From an uncultured delta proteobacterium (GTDB taxonomy: Bacteria > Desulfobacterota > Binatia > UBA9968): a stretch of DNA of 64,000 nucleotides. The translations under genes were made by a program, and so were the position numbers. Shown one piece after another: positions 28,326 through 38,401 of this stretch. Position 1 is the first letter of the stretch; each line of letters starts with the position of its first letter. The notes under the pieces were generated by a model. That model was given only the letters and a program-made list of their open reading frames with translations. It was not told the DNA's origin and ran no database searches. The stretch spans positions 288,001 through 352,000 of the forward strand of contig CAVSHR010000008.1 of the NCBI GenBank assembly GCA_963727625.1. Reading direction: 5' to 3'.

Positions 28326-28366
28326 AAAACGGGGAACGATATAACTTGTCGTTCCCCGTTTTTTTT
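28326..28366 (+). terminator. Intrinsic terminator after the porin gene
   Basis: AAAACGGGGAACGA-loop-TCGTTCCCCGTTTTTTTT. Confidence 0.85.
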
Positions 28367-28466
28367 AAAGCGCTTTGCCGAGTTTCGCACGTCGAGCCGA
28401 CTGCCGTTTTCCTCCTGGCTTTCTTAAGCCTCTGGCAAACCGCATTCGGCGTTGGTAAAAGCATAG

Positions 28467-30095
28467 TTGACCATCGCCTGCTTGGGTTCATCGAGCTTGG
28501 ATAACTGTAAATATTATCCCTTCCTTATATTGGCTCTTGGGCTTCTGTTGTTTTTCCCGGGACTTGGCGCCCGCGACTTTTGGGCACCGGTAGAGCCGCG
28601 CTACGCCGAGATCGTCCGGGTGATGTTTTCCAAAGGCCAATGGATCGTTCCCACTGTTAACGGTGAACTCTACACCGATAAGCCGATCCTGTATTTTTGG
28701 ATCGCCCTGGCGGCTGCCAAATGCTCCGGGGGCGTCAACGAATGGATCGTGCGCTTGCCTGCCGCCCTCGGCGGGTTGGGCTTTGTCCTGGCTACCTATT
28801 TTATTGGCCGCGAACTTTTCGGCGCGCGGATCGGCGTCATCGCGGCGGCGGTGCTCGCTACCTCTTTCCGAGTCGTCTGGGAGGCGCGCTGGGCTCATAT
28901 TGACATGCTTTTTGGTTTTTTCTTCCTTTTGTCGATCTATTTCGGCGCGCGGGCGCTTTTGCGCCGGGGCCCGCCCTATGAAGTTTTGCTGTCCTATATT
29001 TTCATGGCCTTGGCGACGCTGGCCAAAGGGCTGATCGGCGTCGTGCTGCCTGGATTGCTATTCGTCGCGTTTATCCTGGCGCGGCGCGACTGGCGTTTGA
29101 TCGGCGCCGCCAAGCTGCCGCTCGGTGTGCCGCTCTTTTTGCTCATCGCCGCGCCGTGGTTTTACCTGGTGAGCCGGGCCACCGGCGGTAAATGGTTGGC
29201 TGACTTTATCTATATTCATCACCTCCAGCGCTACACGGCGGGCGCGGGACACCGCCGGCCGTTCTATTACTACTTCACGACATTGCCGGCGGACTTTTTG
29301 CCTTGGACCGCCTTTGCGATTCCGGCGCTGGCTGCCTATCGTGACTATCGACGGGCTTGGGCCGAGCCAGCGCTGCAATTCTGTTTGTTGTGGTTTTTAA
29401 CCGTATTTTTTTTCTTCAGCGCGTCGGATACGAAGCGCGATCTCTATCTCTTGCCGCTGCTGCCGACGCTCGCTTTCCTAGTGGCAAATTATCTCGACGA
29501 TCTCGACGGCTATAAGCTTTCGCCGCGTGCGCTCTACCCTTGGTTCACGGCGAGTTTCTTCGCCATCATTGCGCTGTCGGGTCTCGCTCTGCCGGCGGTG
29601 GCCTGGTTTGTGCGCCCGGAGGTGATCTGGCTGTCTATCCCATCCAGTGTCGTTCTAGCTGTTACGGGAAGCCTAGCGGTCACAGGGATTTTACGCCGCC
29701 GGGCAAACGCCACTCTGGTATCCGTGAGTGCGATGATGCTGCTTACCGTGATCACGACATCGCTGTGGATTTTTCCGTACTTGGAGCAATTCAAGTCGCA
29801 CCGGCAGTTTTCCCGGGAGATTCAAAAATTGGTTCCGGCGGCGGCGCCGTTGTATGTTTATGCCGACACCATGAACGATTTCAATTATTATACCGGGCGC
29901 GAGGTCATGCCGGTGCTCGCGAGGCCGGAAGAAGTGGCAAAGCTTCGCAGCACGCCGCGAACGAGTTATCTCTTGATTAAGGCGCGTGATTTGAAACGGC
30001 TCCCGGCGCCGCCGCCGGCAACGGCGCTGGCAAGCCGCAGGCTCAGCAGCACAATTTGGTATTTGTTCGAGTTCAAGAATCCGCCCGGGAGTTAA
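28467..30095 (+). CDS. ArnT-like GT-C glycosyltransferase (PMT_2/GT39-83 like)
   Basis: EPRYAEIVRVM, YTDKPILYFW, LAKGLIGVVLP, multi-TM; start uncertain. Confidence 0.85.
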   Translation: MTIACLGSSSLDNCKYYPFLILALGLLLFFPGLGARDFWAPVEPRYAEIVRVMFSKGQWIVPTVNGELYTDKPILYFWIALAAAKCSGGVNEWIVRLPAALGGLGFVLATYFIGRELFGARIGVIAAAVLATSFRVVWEARWAHIDMLFGFFFLLSIYFGARALLRRGPPYEVLLSYIFMALATLAKGLIGVVLPGLLFVAFILARRDWRLIGAAKLPLGVPLFLLIAAPWFYLVSRATGGKWLADFIYIHHLQRYTAGAGHRRPFYYYFTTLPADFLPWTAFAIPALAAYRDYRRAWAEPALQFCLLWFLTVFFFFSASDTKRDLYLLPLLPTLAFLVANYLDDLDGYKLSPRALYPWFTASFFAIIALSGLALPAVAWFVRPEVIWLSIPSSVVLAVTGSLAVTGILRRRANATLVSVSAMMLLTVITTSLWIFPYLEQFKSHRQFSREIQKLVPAAAPLYVYADTMNDFNYYTGREVMPVLARPEEVAKLRSTPRTSYLLIKARDLKRLPAPPPATALASRRLSSTIWYLFEFKNPPGS

Positions 30096-30132
30096 ACCGA
30101 GCGTTGTTAAATTTTATTCGGCGCAATCGCGT

Positions 30133-30558
30133 ATGAAACAAACGGTTCTGTGGTTAATTGTCGGCGTGGCTGCCGGTGCACTAGTCTGGTGGGTGGTGCC
30201 GGCGTATTTTAATAAGCCGGTTGATCCGCGCTCGGTAGAACATTTGAATCAAATTGCCGCAGAGATCAATCGCTCGGTGCCGGTCATGATCGACGAGGAA
30301 ACCGAGCTCATGCCGTCCAGGGCCGGTTACGCGATGCTGATCTACAACTACAGGCTGGTGAAATATTCGGTAGCACAGTTGGATCATGAAAAATTCGCCG
30401 CCGGCGCCAAACAAAGGGTGACCCAGGGCGCCTGCAACCGGCCTGAAACCCGCGACGACTTTCTCAAGAAAGGCGTCGCTCTACGCTATTCCTATTTCGA
30501 TAAAGACAAAAAACATATCGCTACGATTGACGTGACTCCGGCAGATTGCGGGTTCTGA
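30133..30558 (+). CDS. Membrane-anchored hypothetical protein
   Basis: N-terminal TM segment, 141 aa, two Cys. Confidence 0.7.
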   Translation: MKQTVLWLIVGVAAGALVWWVVPAYFNKPVDPRSVEHLNQIAAEINRSVPVMIDEETELMPSRAGYAMLIYNYRLVKYSVAQLDHEKFAAGAKQRVTQGACNRPETRDDFLKKGVALRYSYFDKDKKHIATIDVTPADCGF

Positions 30559-30564
30559 AAAATA

Positions 30565-30637
30565 GAGTGTTGGAGTACTGGAGCGTCGGGGCTTTAAGGC
30601 ATCCCTTCATCGCTCCAGTACTCTCATGCCGATTACT
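30565..30637. repeat. Octamer-type tandem-repeat palindrome between convergent genes
   Basis: GAGTGTTG-GAGTACTG-GAGCG ... CGCTCCAGTACTCT. Confidence 0.5.
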
Positions 30638-30684
30638 TAGGTCCGATCCTTCGCTAGGGGGCTCAGGATTACCGTCTTCGACGG

Positions 30685-31701
30685 TTATTTGAGGATCTCT
30701 TTTGCTCGCGGAATCAGTTTCGGATCGAGATTGAAAACATTTTTCACGTTATGTTCGAGCTCGGCGCCGTCGAGCGGATTGATGTCGAGCTTTGCTTTTT
30801 TGGCGTCGGCGAGGAAGTCCGGATCCTTCATGGTGTCCATGAACGCCTTGCGGAGAATCGCCAGGCGAGCTTTCGGCGTGGCCGGAGGTAGCATATAGGG
30901 CCGTGCCGTCGGTCCAACGCTGTGCACCAGCGCGCGGATCAATTTTTTCCCCTCGTCGGTCTTGGCGTAGTTGATGGCTAGGGGCAGTTTAGGTTGCTCC
31001 GGGTACGGTTTCGCGGTGGTCTGCAACATGAGAACGAGATCGCCGGAGCTCAACTGCTTGGGCCAGGTCGACTTGAAGGATTCCCAAGCATTGCAAACTC
31101 CTTGGATCTCGCCGCTGTCGAAAGCAAGTCGGACATTTGCGGTACCTTTGTAGCCGCTTACGAGCTGCATGGGCAGACCAATCGTCGCCGCAAGAACTTT
31201 TGGAATGTCGTCAGTTGCCGAGCCGACGCCGACACCGCCGAGTTTCACTACTTTTTTAGTAGAGAGCCATTGATCGATGCTGGTGAGGCCGGTGTTCTTG
31301 TGTATGCCCAGCATATAGTGATCCTGCGCGGGCACGCCGACGTACTCGAATTTGCGTGCGTCGAACTCAATTCCCGGCTTGCCGAGAAGCTGTTGCATGA
31401 AAAGTCCGCCGATGAAATGACCCATGGTCAAGCCGTCCGGCTTCGCGACTCTGTACATATAATTAGCCGAGATCAGGAATCCGGCGCCGGGCATGTTGTC
31501 GACGACGATGGTCGGACTGCCGGGAATATGTTTACTCATGTGGCGGGCGATGGTACGGGAGTAGGTGTCGTAGCCGCCCCCGGCCGAAGCGCCGACGATG
31601 ATCCGCAGGGTCTTGCCCTGATAAAATGGAGTCTGCGCGTTGGCCGAGGCCAGGCCGAGGCACAGGCTCAGAAGGATTGCCAGAAAACCAGTTCGTTTCA
31701 T
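30685..31701 (-). CDS. Tripartite tricarboxylate transporter substrate-binding protein (Bug/TctC)
   Basis: FYQGKTLRIIVGASAGGGYD, NMPGAG, KPDGLT, GYKGT. Confidence 0.92.
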   Translation of the reverse strand: MKRTGFLAILLSLCLGLASANAQTPFYQGKTLRIIVGASAGGGYDTYSRTIARHMSKHIPGSPTIVVDNMPGAGFLISANYMYRVAKPDGLTMGHFIGGLFMQQLLGKPGIEFDARKFEYVGVPAQDHYMLGIHKNTGLTSIDQWLSTKKVVKLGGVGVGSATDDIPKVLAATIGLPMQLVSGYKGTANVRLAFDSGEIQGVCNAWESFKSTWPKQLSSGDLVLMLQTTAKPYPEQPKLPLAINYAKTDEGKKLIRALVHSVGPTARPYMLPPATPKARLAILRKAFMDTMKDPDFLADAKKAKLDINPLDGAELEHNVKNVFNLDPKLIPRAKEILK

Positions 31702-31743
31702 AACTTCTCCTCGTTGAAAAATGGCTAATCTTGTTGCGGCACT

Positions 31744-31872
31744 TTACTTTAAGATCTCTGTGAGTTGCTTGACTACGCGCATGTCGTTCTTAGAAGTCTG
31801 AGCGGAGATTTTAGCGATTTCCTGGCCGGTCAGCGGGGCGGTTTCAACCCGGGACTCCTTCACCTCGGCTAT
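31744..31872 (-). pseudogene. 3' remnant of a paralogous TctC gene
   Basis: IAEVKESRVETAPLTGQEIAKI...VKQLTEILK* vs the neighbour LADAKKAKLDINPLDGAELEH...RAKEILK*. Confidence 0.6.
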
Positions 31873-31940
31873 TATGTTGGAGGCCCCCAACCTCCACGGA
31901 CCACTTTTTTCGGCAATTAACTACGAAAAGCCGGTTTGAG

Positions 31941-32732
31941 TCAACGGTCGTGAAGCATCTCCATGCGCAGTTCGTCCTCCCATGCGCGGCTGCCGCCGGG
32001 CAGCCAATCACAGCCGAGATCGCGAATCTCGCCGCGCGACGTGAACTTTGGCAATTCCGCCAGTGCTCTCGTCAATATCGTTTGCTTGCGTTTGGCATCG
32101 TGAGGCGGTCCGAAAGTCCGACCGACCGGATGGTCGACAAAGGCCGCGCGCGGCGGCGTGACCTTGCTCATGATGTCGCGCGCGGTGCCAATTACCAGTG
32201 TCGGAACTTTATGCGCCTCGATTACGTGGGCGATGAGACCGACGGTCTCGTGACAGAAGGGTCAATAGGGGACGAGTAATGCGAGATCGACGCCGGCTTC
32301 GATTAAATCGTTAGCGATGGCCGGGGCCAGCTCGGTTTCGATTTCTTTGGGTCGTTTAACGCCGCCCATGAACGAAAAATGCCAGGGAGACAGCGAGCCG
32401 ACGATGCCTTCCTCTGCCAATGCGGCCAGTGCCGTGCGCGGAAAAACAATCTCCGGGTCCTGCCTCGGCACTATGCCGATGCCGGAATGATGGTCGATGA
32501 CGAGCACGCCGGCGTTCGGATCCGACGGCACGCGGCGGTAACTCAGGTCTTCGCGCGGTATAAAAGGCGGATGGTCGGCGAGCCGAAGCGCGGCGCTGCT
32601 CAGCAAAGCAACGCGCGACCGGCTGACGGGTTTGGTCACCGGGCACCAGGCCGCCTTCGACGGCGCCGCCAGCACGCGCGGCGGTTTCGGCGCCGAGTTC
32701 TGCGCCATGATCGGCAGATATTCAACAGCCAT
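31941..32732 (-). CDS. PrdB/GrdB-like (selenoprotein B family) reductase subunit, UGA 32262-32264 = Sec, 263 aa
   Basis: KPVSRSRVALLSSA...DLSYRRVP...DPEIVFP...FSFMG...VDLALLVPY-TGA-PFCHETVGLIAHVIEAHKVPT...PPRAAFVDHPVGRTFG, all in one frame. Confidence 0.88.
32235..32249 (-). promoter_or_regulatory. SECIS-like hairpin
   Basis: GAGACC-GUC-GGUCUC starting 12 nt after the UGA. Confidence 0.6.
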
Positions 32733-32842
32733 GGAGTATTTCCCACTCGTATTGCCACTACTACTCGACTCGCCGGCGCTAATCAACCGGAGCGGTGGTT
32801 ACGAGTGAATTACGGGTTGGGTTGTGATAAGCATTTTCCCTC

Positions 32843-33535
32843 ATGGTCGACGTTGCCGGTAACTACCGAACGATTCTATCGCGGATCAATGAAGCGGCGG
32901 ACAAAGTAGGGCGCGACGCAGGGGGAATCAAGCTTCTCGCGGCCGCCAAGTTGCAGAGCATCGAGCGGATTTGTGCGGCAGTTGCCGCCGGCGTGGCGCT
33001 GATCGGTGAGAATTACGTCCAGGAAGCCCAAGAAAAAAAATCACAGCTTGCCCAAACCGTCGAATGGCATATGATCGGCCACTTGCAGCGCAATAAAGTG
33101 AAGGCGGCGGCGGAGATCTTCGATGTGATCGAGTCGCTGGATAGCGTAGCCCTGGCACGGGCGCTGGACAAGGAAGGCGGCAAAAGCGGAAAGATCGTCC
33201 GAACCTTTGTCGAAGTGAACTTGGGCGGAGAGGAAAGCAAGAGCGGCATTCCAAAAGATCAGGTAAAAAGCGTGCTCGAAGAGATCGCAAAGCTGTCCCA
33301 CCTCTTTGTCCGAGGGCTGATGACTGTGCCGCCGTTTCGGGAAAATCCTGAAGAGGTGCGCGGTTTTTTTCGCGAGCTCGGCGAGTTGCGCGAGCAGCTT
33401 GGTGGTTTAAATTTACCAAACGTTGACTTGAAAGAGCTTTCCATGGGCATGACCCACGATTACCCGGTGGCGATCGAAGAGGGAGCGACCATCGTGCGCA
33501 TCGGCACGGCGCTCTTTGGTCCGAGGAATCAGTGA
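32843..33535 (+). CDS. yggS: PLP homeostasis protein YggS
   Basis: GENYVQE, WHMIGHLQRNK, LSMGMTHDY...EGATIVRIGT. Confidence 0.95.
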   Translation: MVDVAGNYRTILSRINEAADKVGRDAGGIKLLAAAKLQSIERICAAVAAGVALIGENYVQEAQEKKSQLAQTVEWHMIGHLQRNKVKAAAEIFDVIESLDSVALARALDKEGGKSGKIVRTFVEVNLGGEESKSGIPKDQVKSVLEEIAKLSHLFVRGLMTVPPFRENPEEVRGFFRELGELREQLGGLNLPNVDLKELSMGMTHDYPVAIEEGATIVRIGTALFGPRNQ

Positions 33536-33539
33536 TCCG

Positions 33540-33839
33540 ATGTTTATTTTGTCCAACTTTCTTGTCGCCCTGGCGCAGGTTCTCGACTATGTCTTGTGGG
33601 CTTACTCCTGGGTCCTTCTTGGTCGAGTGATCATTTCCTGGGTGAACGCGGATTATCAGAATCCGATCGTCCGGTTTCTCTATGCGACCACCGAGCCGGT
33701 GCTGGCGCCGGTGCGCCAGCGTCTACCGCTGTTTGGCGGCGGCCTCGATTTATCGCCGTTTGTCGTATGGTTTGCGGTCCTCTTTCTGCAGCGTTTTTTG
33801 GTTCGCTCGCTCTATGAGTTGGCTTTTGCCTTGAGGTAA
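33540..33839 (+). CDS. yggT: YggT family membrane protein
   Basis: ISWV...NPIVRFLY..TEPVL.PVR...GLDLSP. Confidence 0.9.
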   Translation: MFILSNFLVALAQVLDYVLWAYSWVLLGRVIISWVNADYQNPIVRFLYATTEPVLAPVRQRLPLFGGGLDLSPFVVWFAVLFLQRFLVRSLYELAFALR

Positions 33840-33857
33840 CCGGCGGAGGGCGTTTCT

Positions 33858-34829
33858 ATGAAGTCTCTCTACGCTGCCGATATTCGCGAGAATCAGCTGT
33901 TGGACACGTTGTTTTTGGTCGCATCGAAGAATCACGGCGTGACCAAGGGCGGGAGAAGTTACTTGACGCTCAAATTGCTCGACCGCAGCGGCGAGATCGA
34001 GGGGCGGGTGTGGGAGCGGGCCGATGATTTGGGGCGTGGTTTCGAAAGAAACGATTTTGTCCGCGTGCGCGGCCAGGCGACGCTTTATCAGGGGAAGATC
34101 CAGATCCGTGTCCAGGATGTCATGCGCGTCGACGAAACAAAAATTGCCGCAGAGGATTTTTTGCCGAAAAGCACGGACGATCCCGAGACCATGCTCACTG
34201 AACTGCAAGCGATTCTTCGCGGCATCAAAAATCCGCATCTGCTGGCGCTCGCCGAGGCCTGCTTTGCCGACGAAGAGCTGATGCGACTCCTTAAACAGGC
34301 GCCCGGCGCCAAGACGATTCATCATCCTTATTTAAGCGGTCTCTTGGAACACACCCTGTCGCTGCTTAAGCTCATCCTCAAAGTCGTCGAGAACTACCGC
34401 GGCATCGACATCGATCTACTGCTGATCGGTGGTTTCCTGCACGACATCGGCAAGGTTTACGAGTTCTCTTTCGAGCGTGCCATCGATTACACGGACGAGG
34501 GACAGCTATTGGGCCACCTGGTCATGGAAGTGGAGTTGGTCGGCAAGAAGATTGCCGCCATCGCCGATTTTCCGGCGGACCTGGCGCTGCTGGTGAAGCA
34601 TTTGCTGGTGAGCCATCACGGCGCCTACGAATTCGGCTCGCCGAAGTTGCCGCAGACGCTCGAAGCCGTTATTCTGCATTCCCTGGACGACCTCGACGGT
34701 AAAATTCAGGCGATTCAAAATCTGCCGGAAAAAGAGCCGGGTTCGAAGTGGACGGCGTTTCATCGCGCCTATGGGCGCAGTTTTTTTAAAGCTAATTCAC
34801 AACGCGACGAGAACGGCGGCGACGTTTGA
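33858..34829 (+). CDS. yhaM: YhaM-like 3'-5' exoribonuclease (OB plus HD)
   Basis: OB-fold N-terminus; HHPYLSGLLEH, LHDIGK, SHHG. Confidence 0.88.
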   Translation: MKSLYAADIRENQLLDTLFLVASKNHGVTKGGRSYLTLKLLDRSGEIEGRVWERADDLGRGFERNDFVRVRGQATLYQGKIQIRVQDVMRVDETKIAAEDFLPKSTDDPETMLTELQAILRGIKNPHLLALAEACFADEELMRLLKQAPGAKTIHHPYLSGLLEHTLSLLKLILKVVENYRGIDIDLLLIGGFLHDIGKVYEFSFERAIDYTDEGQLLGHLVMEVELVGKKIAAIADFPADLALLVKHLLVSHHGAYEFGSPKLPQTLEAVILHSLDDLDGKIQAIQNLPEKEPGSKWTAFHRAYGRSFFKANSQRDENGGDV

Positions 34830-34862
34830 GGCGTGTCGTTCGCGTCAAGGGAGGAATGAGCC

Positions 34863-36281
34863 GTGAAAAATTTTATCGCGGGAAAATGGATCGATAAGAC
34901 AAAAAAAATCGAAGTGCGAAACCCGTTCGACAACTCGATTATTGATACCGTGCCCAAGGCCGACGGTGCCGACTTGGAGCAGGCGCTGGTTTTCGCCGAG
35001 CGCGGCGCCAAGGTGATGGCCAAGCTGTCGAGCTACGAACGCTGGAAGATCTTGCGCAAGGCCGCCGATCTGATGGCGGCACGCAATGATGAGTTGGGCC
35101 AGGTGATTTCCAAGGAAGAGGGAAAGATCATCGCCGAGGGACGGGGCGAAGCGAGCCGGGCAGTGGAAACCATGATGGGCTCGGCGGAGGAGGCCAAACG
35201 AATCCACGGCGAGACGGTGCCGCTGGATGCGGACCCCACCGGCAGTAAAAAATTTGGCTTTACCCTGCGCATCCCATGCGGCGTCGTGGCGGCGATTGCG
35301 CCGTTTAACTTTCCACTCAACTTAGTTTGCCACAAGGTCGGCCCGGCGCTGGCGGCCGGCAATACCGTCATTATTAAACCGGCTTCCGACACGCCGCTGT
35401 CGGCGCTCAAGCTGACAGAGATTCTACTGGAATCGGGTTTGCCGCCGGAGGGCATTCAATGCATCACCGGCTCCGGCGGTGAGATCGGCGACGCCCTGGT
35501 CGCCGACCGGCGCGTGCGCAAGGTAACGTTTACCGGCAGCCGCGAGGTCGGCGACCGCATTTGCCGCTCTGCCGGTATTAAAAAGGTTACCATGGAACTC
35601 GGCTCCAATAGTCCGGTGATCATCATGCCGGACGCCGACCTGGAGAAAGTGGCCGCGGTGGTGGCGATGACCGGCTACGGAAATGCCGGTCAGACCTGCA
35701 TCTCGACGCAGCGGGTGCTGACGGCGAAAAAAGCTTACGGCGATTTTCTCAATCTACTAAAACCCAAAGTCGAAGCGCTGACCACCGGCAATCAGCTCGA
35801 CGAAAAATCCAAAGTCGGACCGATGGTGAAGGAGAGCGAAGCGGTGCGGGTCGACGATTGGGTCAATGAAGCGGTGGGTGGTGGCGCGCGGTTGGTGGCG
35901 GGCGGCGGCCGGCGCGGCTCGATTTATTTGCCCGCGGTCGTGGCGGACGTGCATCCCGACATGCGTATCTCGCGCGATGAGCTCTTCGGCCCGGCGGTGG
36001 CGGTGACACCGTTTGATTCAATCGAAGAAGCGATCGCCCTGGCGAACGATAGCGTCTACGGTTTGGCCGCGGGTATTTTCACCGAGAAGGTCGAATGGGC
36101 GATGAAGTTCGCGCGCGAAGCCGAAGCCGGCAACCTGCATGTCAATTGGGGCTCGCAGTGGCGCGTCGATCTGATGCCTTACGGCGGCTTGAAAGACTCG
36201 GGCTTCGGCAAAGAGGGGCCCAGATATGCCGTCCAAGAAATGACCGAATTGAAAATGGTCGTTTTCCATTTGAATAGTTGA
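34863..36281 (+). CDS. NAD(P)-dependent aldehyde dehydrogenase
   Basis: PFNFP, FTGS, MELGSN, GQTCIS, ELFGP. Confidence 0.94.
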   Translation: MKNFIAGKWIDKTKKIEVRNPFDNSIIDTVPKADGADLEQALVFAERGAKVMAKLSSYERWKILRKAADLMAARNDELGQVISKEEGKIIAEGRGEASRAVETMMGSAEEAKRIHGETVPLDADPTGSKKFGFTLRIPCGVVAAIAPFNFPLNLVCHKVGPALAAGNTVIIKPASDTPLSALKLTEILLESGLPPEGIQCITGSGGEIGDALVADRRVRKVTFTGSREVGDRICRSAGIKKVTMELGSNSPVIIMPDADLEKVAAVVAMTGYGNAGQTCISTQRVLTAKKAYGDFLNLLKPKVEALTTGNQLDEKSKVGPMVKESEAVRVDDWVNEAVGGGARLVAGGGRRGSIYLPAVVADVHPDMRISRDELFGPAVAVTPFDSIEEAIALANDSVYGLAAGIFTEKVEWAMKFAREAEAGNLHVNWGSQWRVDLMPYGGLKDSGFGKEGPRYAVQEMTELKMVVFHLNS

Positions 36282-36349
36282 GAGGCAACGGGCAAAGGTC
36301 TGGAAAAACGGAAAACAACACTGGGACGAGGCATAGATTGGATGGTTGA

Positions 36350-37090
36350 ATGAGATCTGATGGGCGAAAACCAAAGCAACTTAGACCGGTGACAATTGCG
36401 CCTGGCTACATCAAGACTGCCGATGGTTCGGTGTTGATCGAAATGGGCGGCACCCGGGTTATCTGCACGGCCAAGTTGGAGGAGCGTGTCCCGCCGTTTT
36501 TGCGCAACAGCGGCAAGGGCTGGATCACGGCGGAATATGGCATGCTGCCAGGCTCCTCCGGGACGCGTATCGGCCGCGAGTCGTCGCGCGGTAGGGTCGG
36601 CGGCAGGACTCACGAAATCCAGCGGCTGATCGGCCGCAGCCTGCGCACCGTCGCCGATTTGCACAGCCTCGGGGAAAAAACTATTTGGATCGACTGCGAC
36701 GTGATTCAGGCCGACGGTGGCACGCGCACCGCGTCGATCACCGGCGCCTACGTGGCCTTGGCCGAGGCGGTGCGCAGGTGGCTCGCGCGCGGGATCATCG
36801 GTATCGATCCGATCAAAGACGCCGTCGCCGCGGTGAGCATCGGCATTATCGAAGGCAAGATTCTCCTGGATCTGTGTTATGAGGAGGACAGCAACGCCGA
36901 CGTCGATATGAATTTCGTCATGACCGGCTCGGGAAAATTCATCGAGGTGCAAGGCACGGCGGAAGCTTCGCCGTTTACCAAGAAGCAGATGGAGCGGATG
37001 GCGGACATCGCCCAGCAGGGGATCAAAGAGTTGCTCAAGGCTCAAAAAAAAGCAATTGCCTCTCTCGCGGGATCCAGCACTCCGACGTGA
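36350..37090 (+). CDS. rph: Ribonuclease PH
   Basis: [35 protein letters not shown]. Confidence 0.97.
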   Translation: MRSDGRKPKQLRPVTIAPGYIKTADGSVLIEMGGTRVICTAKLEERVPPFLRNSGKGWITAEYGMLPGSSGTRIGRESSRGRVGGRTHEIQRLIGRSLRTVADLHSLGEKTIWIDCDVIQADGGTRTASITGAYVALAEAVRRWLARGIIGIDPIKDAVAAVSIGIIEGKILLDLCYEEDSNADVDMNFVMTGSGKFIEVQGTAEASPFTKKQMERMADIAQQGIKELLKAQKKAIASLAGSSTPT

Positions 37091-37707
37091 TCGATCTTTT
37101 AGTGGCCACAACCAACCCGGGAAAGTTTGCCGAAGTACAAGCGTTCCTGAACGATCTCCCGTTACGGATCATCTCCCTCAAGAACATCGTCAATCCGCCG
37201 CCGGTCATCGAAGACGGCAGGACTTTCGAGGAGAACGCGCTCAAAAAGGCGCGCACTTTGGCCGAATTTTCGGGGCTGATCACCTTGGCGGACGATTCCG
37301 GGCTAGAAGTCGACGCATTGAACGGTGCGCCGGGAATTTACTCAGCCCGTTACGCTGGCCAGGAGGGCGATGACCAGCGGAACAACGATAAGCTGCTGCG
37401 GGAATTAGAAAATGTTCCGGAGGAACAACGGGCGGCGCGCTTCGTCTGCGCCTTGGCGATCTACGCCCCTGCTTCCGACCCCGCCCGGTCATGGACGGCG
37501 CGGAAGTCCTGCGAGGGTCGGATCGCTTTCGCAGCCAAAGGCGCGAACGGCTTCGGCTACGATTCGCTGTTTTTCTATCCGCCGTTGGGCAAAACCTTTG
37601 GCGAGATCGATCATGCAACCAAGGCGACGGCGAGCCATCGCGGCAAGGCGCTAAAAAAATTCGCCGAGATTCTCCCGTCGCTGATTGATTTGGTCGCAAA
37701 ACCTTGA
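37087..37707 (+). CDS. rdgB: Non-canonical purine NTP pyrophosphatase
   Basis: ATTNPGK, DDSGLEV, GFGYD, SHRGKAL. Confidence 0.95.
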   Translation: MIDLLVATTNPGKFAEVQAFLNDLPLRIISLKNIVNPPPVIEDGRTFEENALKKARTLAEFSGLITLADDSGLEVDALNGAPGIYSARYAGQEGDDQRNNDKLLRELENVPEEQRAARFVCALAIYAPASDPARSWTARKSCEGRIAFAAKGANGFGYDSLFFYPPLGKTFGEIDHATKATASHRGKALKKFAEILPSLIDLVAKP

Positions 37708-37748
37708 TTTCACGCGCTTGCTGTGTAGAATGACCGCTGGTCAATTGA

Positions 37749-37825
37749 CGGGGCGTAGCGCAGCCTGGTAGCGCACCTGCCTTGGGCGCAGGGGGTCGGA
37801 AGTTCGAATCTTCTCGCCCCGACCA
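37749..37825 (+). tRNA. tRNA-Pro(TGG)
   Basis: Cloverleaf; anticodon arm CCTGC-CTTGGGC-GCAGG; CCA end. Confidence 0.95.
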
Positions 37826-37838
37826 TTCAGCAGTATGG

Positions 37839-37910
37839 AGTTATGAGTGCTGAGTGCTGAGCAATGCGGAACGAAAGAAGTTTGCCGCTCAGTCCTCAGC
37901 ACTTATTGCT
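37839..37910. repeat. Heptamer tandem-repeat palindrome in a tRNA spacer
   Basis: TGAGTGC-TGAGTGC-TGAGC ... GCTCAGTCCTCAGCACT. Confidence 0.55.
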
Positions 37911-37920
37911 CTAGGTCGTG

Positions 37921-37997
37921 GCGCCAGTAGCTCAGGTGGATAGAGCAACGGCCTTCTAAGCCGTAGGTCAGGGGTTCGAATCCCTTCTGGCGCGCCA
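37921..37997 (+). tRNA. tRNA-Arg(TCT)
   Basis: ACGGC-CTTCTAA-GCCGT; CCA end. Confidence 0.95.
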
Positions 37998-38018
37998 GCT
38001 TGGGGTTTCGGTTTTTGC

Positions 38019-38095
38019 GGTGAGTGTAGCTCAACGGTTAGAGCACTGGACTGTGGCTCCAGGGGTTGAGGGTTCAAATCCCTTCACTCACCCCA
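38019..38095 (+). tRNA. tRNA-His(GTG)
   Basis: CTGGA-CTGTGGC-TCCAG; G-1 and CCCA end. Confidence 0.95.
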
Positions 38096-38171
38096 GTTGA
38101 AAACAAAAAGGATGAAGGATAAGAGATGAAGTTCCTAATTATCCTTTCGTCTTTATCCTTCTCATTGTGTT

Positions 38172-38247
<76 letters not shown>

Positions 38248-38401
38248 TTTTTTTCCTTCCTGGGTGGTTCTTCCCCATCTCTCCGCGCACACGCTGTCGC
38301 GACCGTCAATGTTTGTTGTTAAGCGAATCGGCTGGTGCCATAATCGCTCCGGATAAGGCAAAACTCGATCGTTAGCCGCGTTCGGCGCAAGGAGCTGACA
38401 G

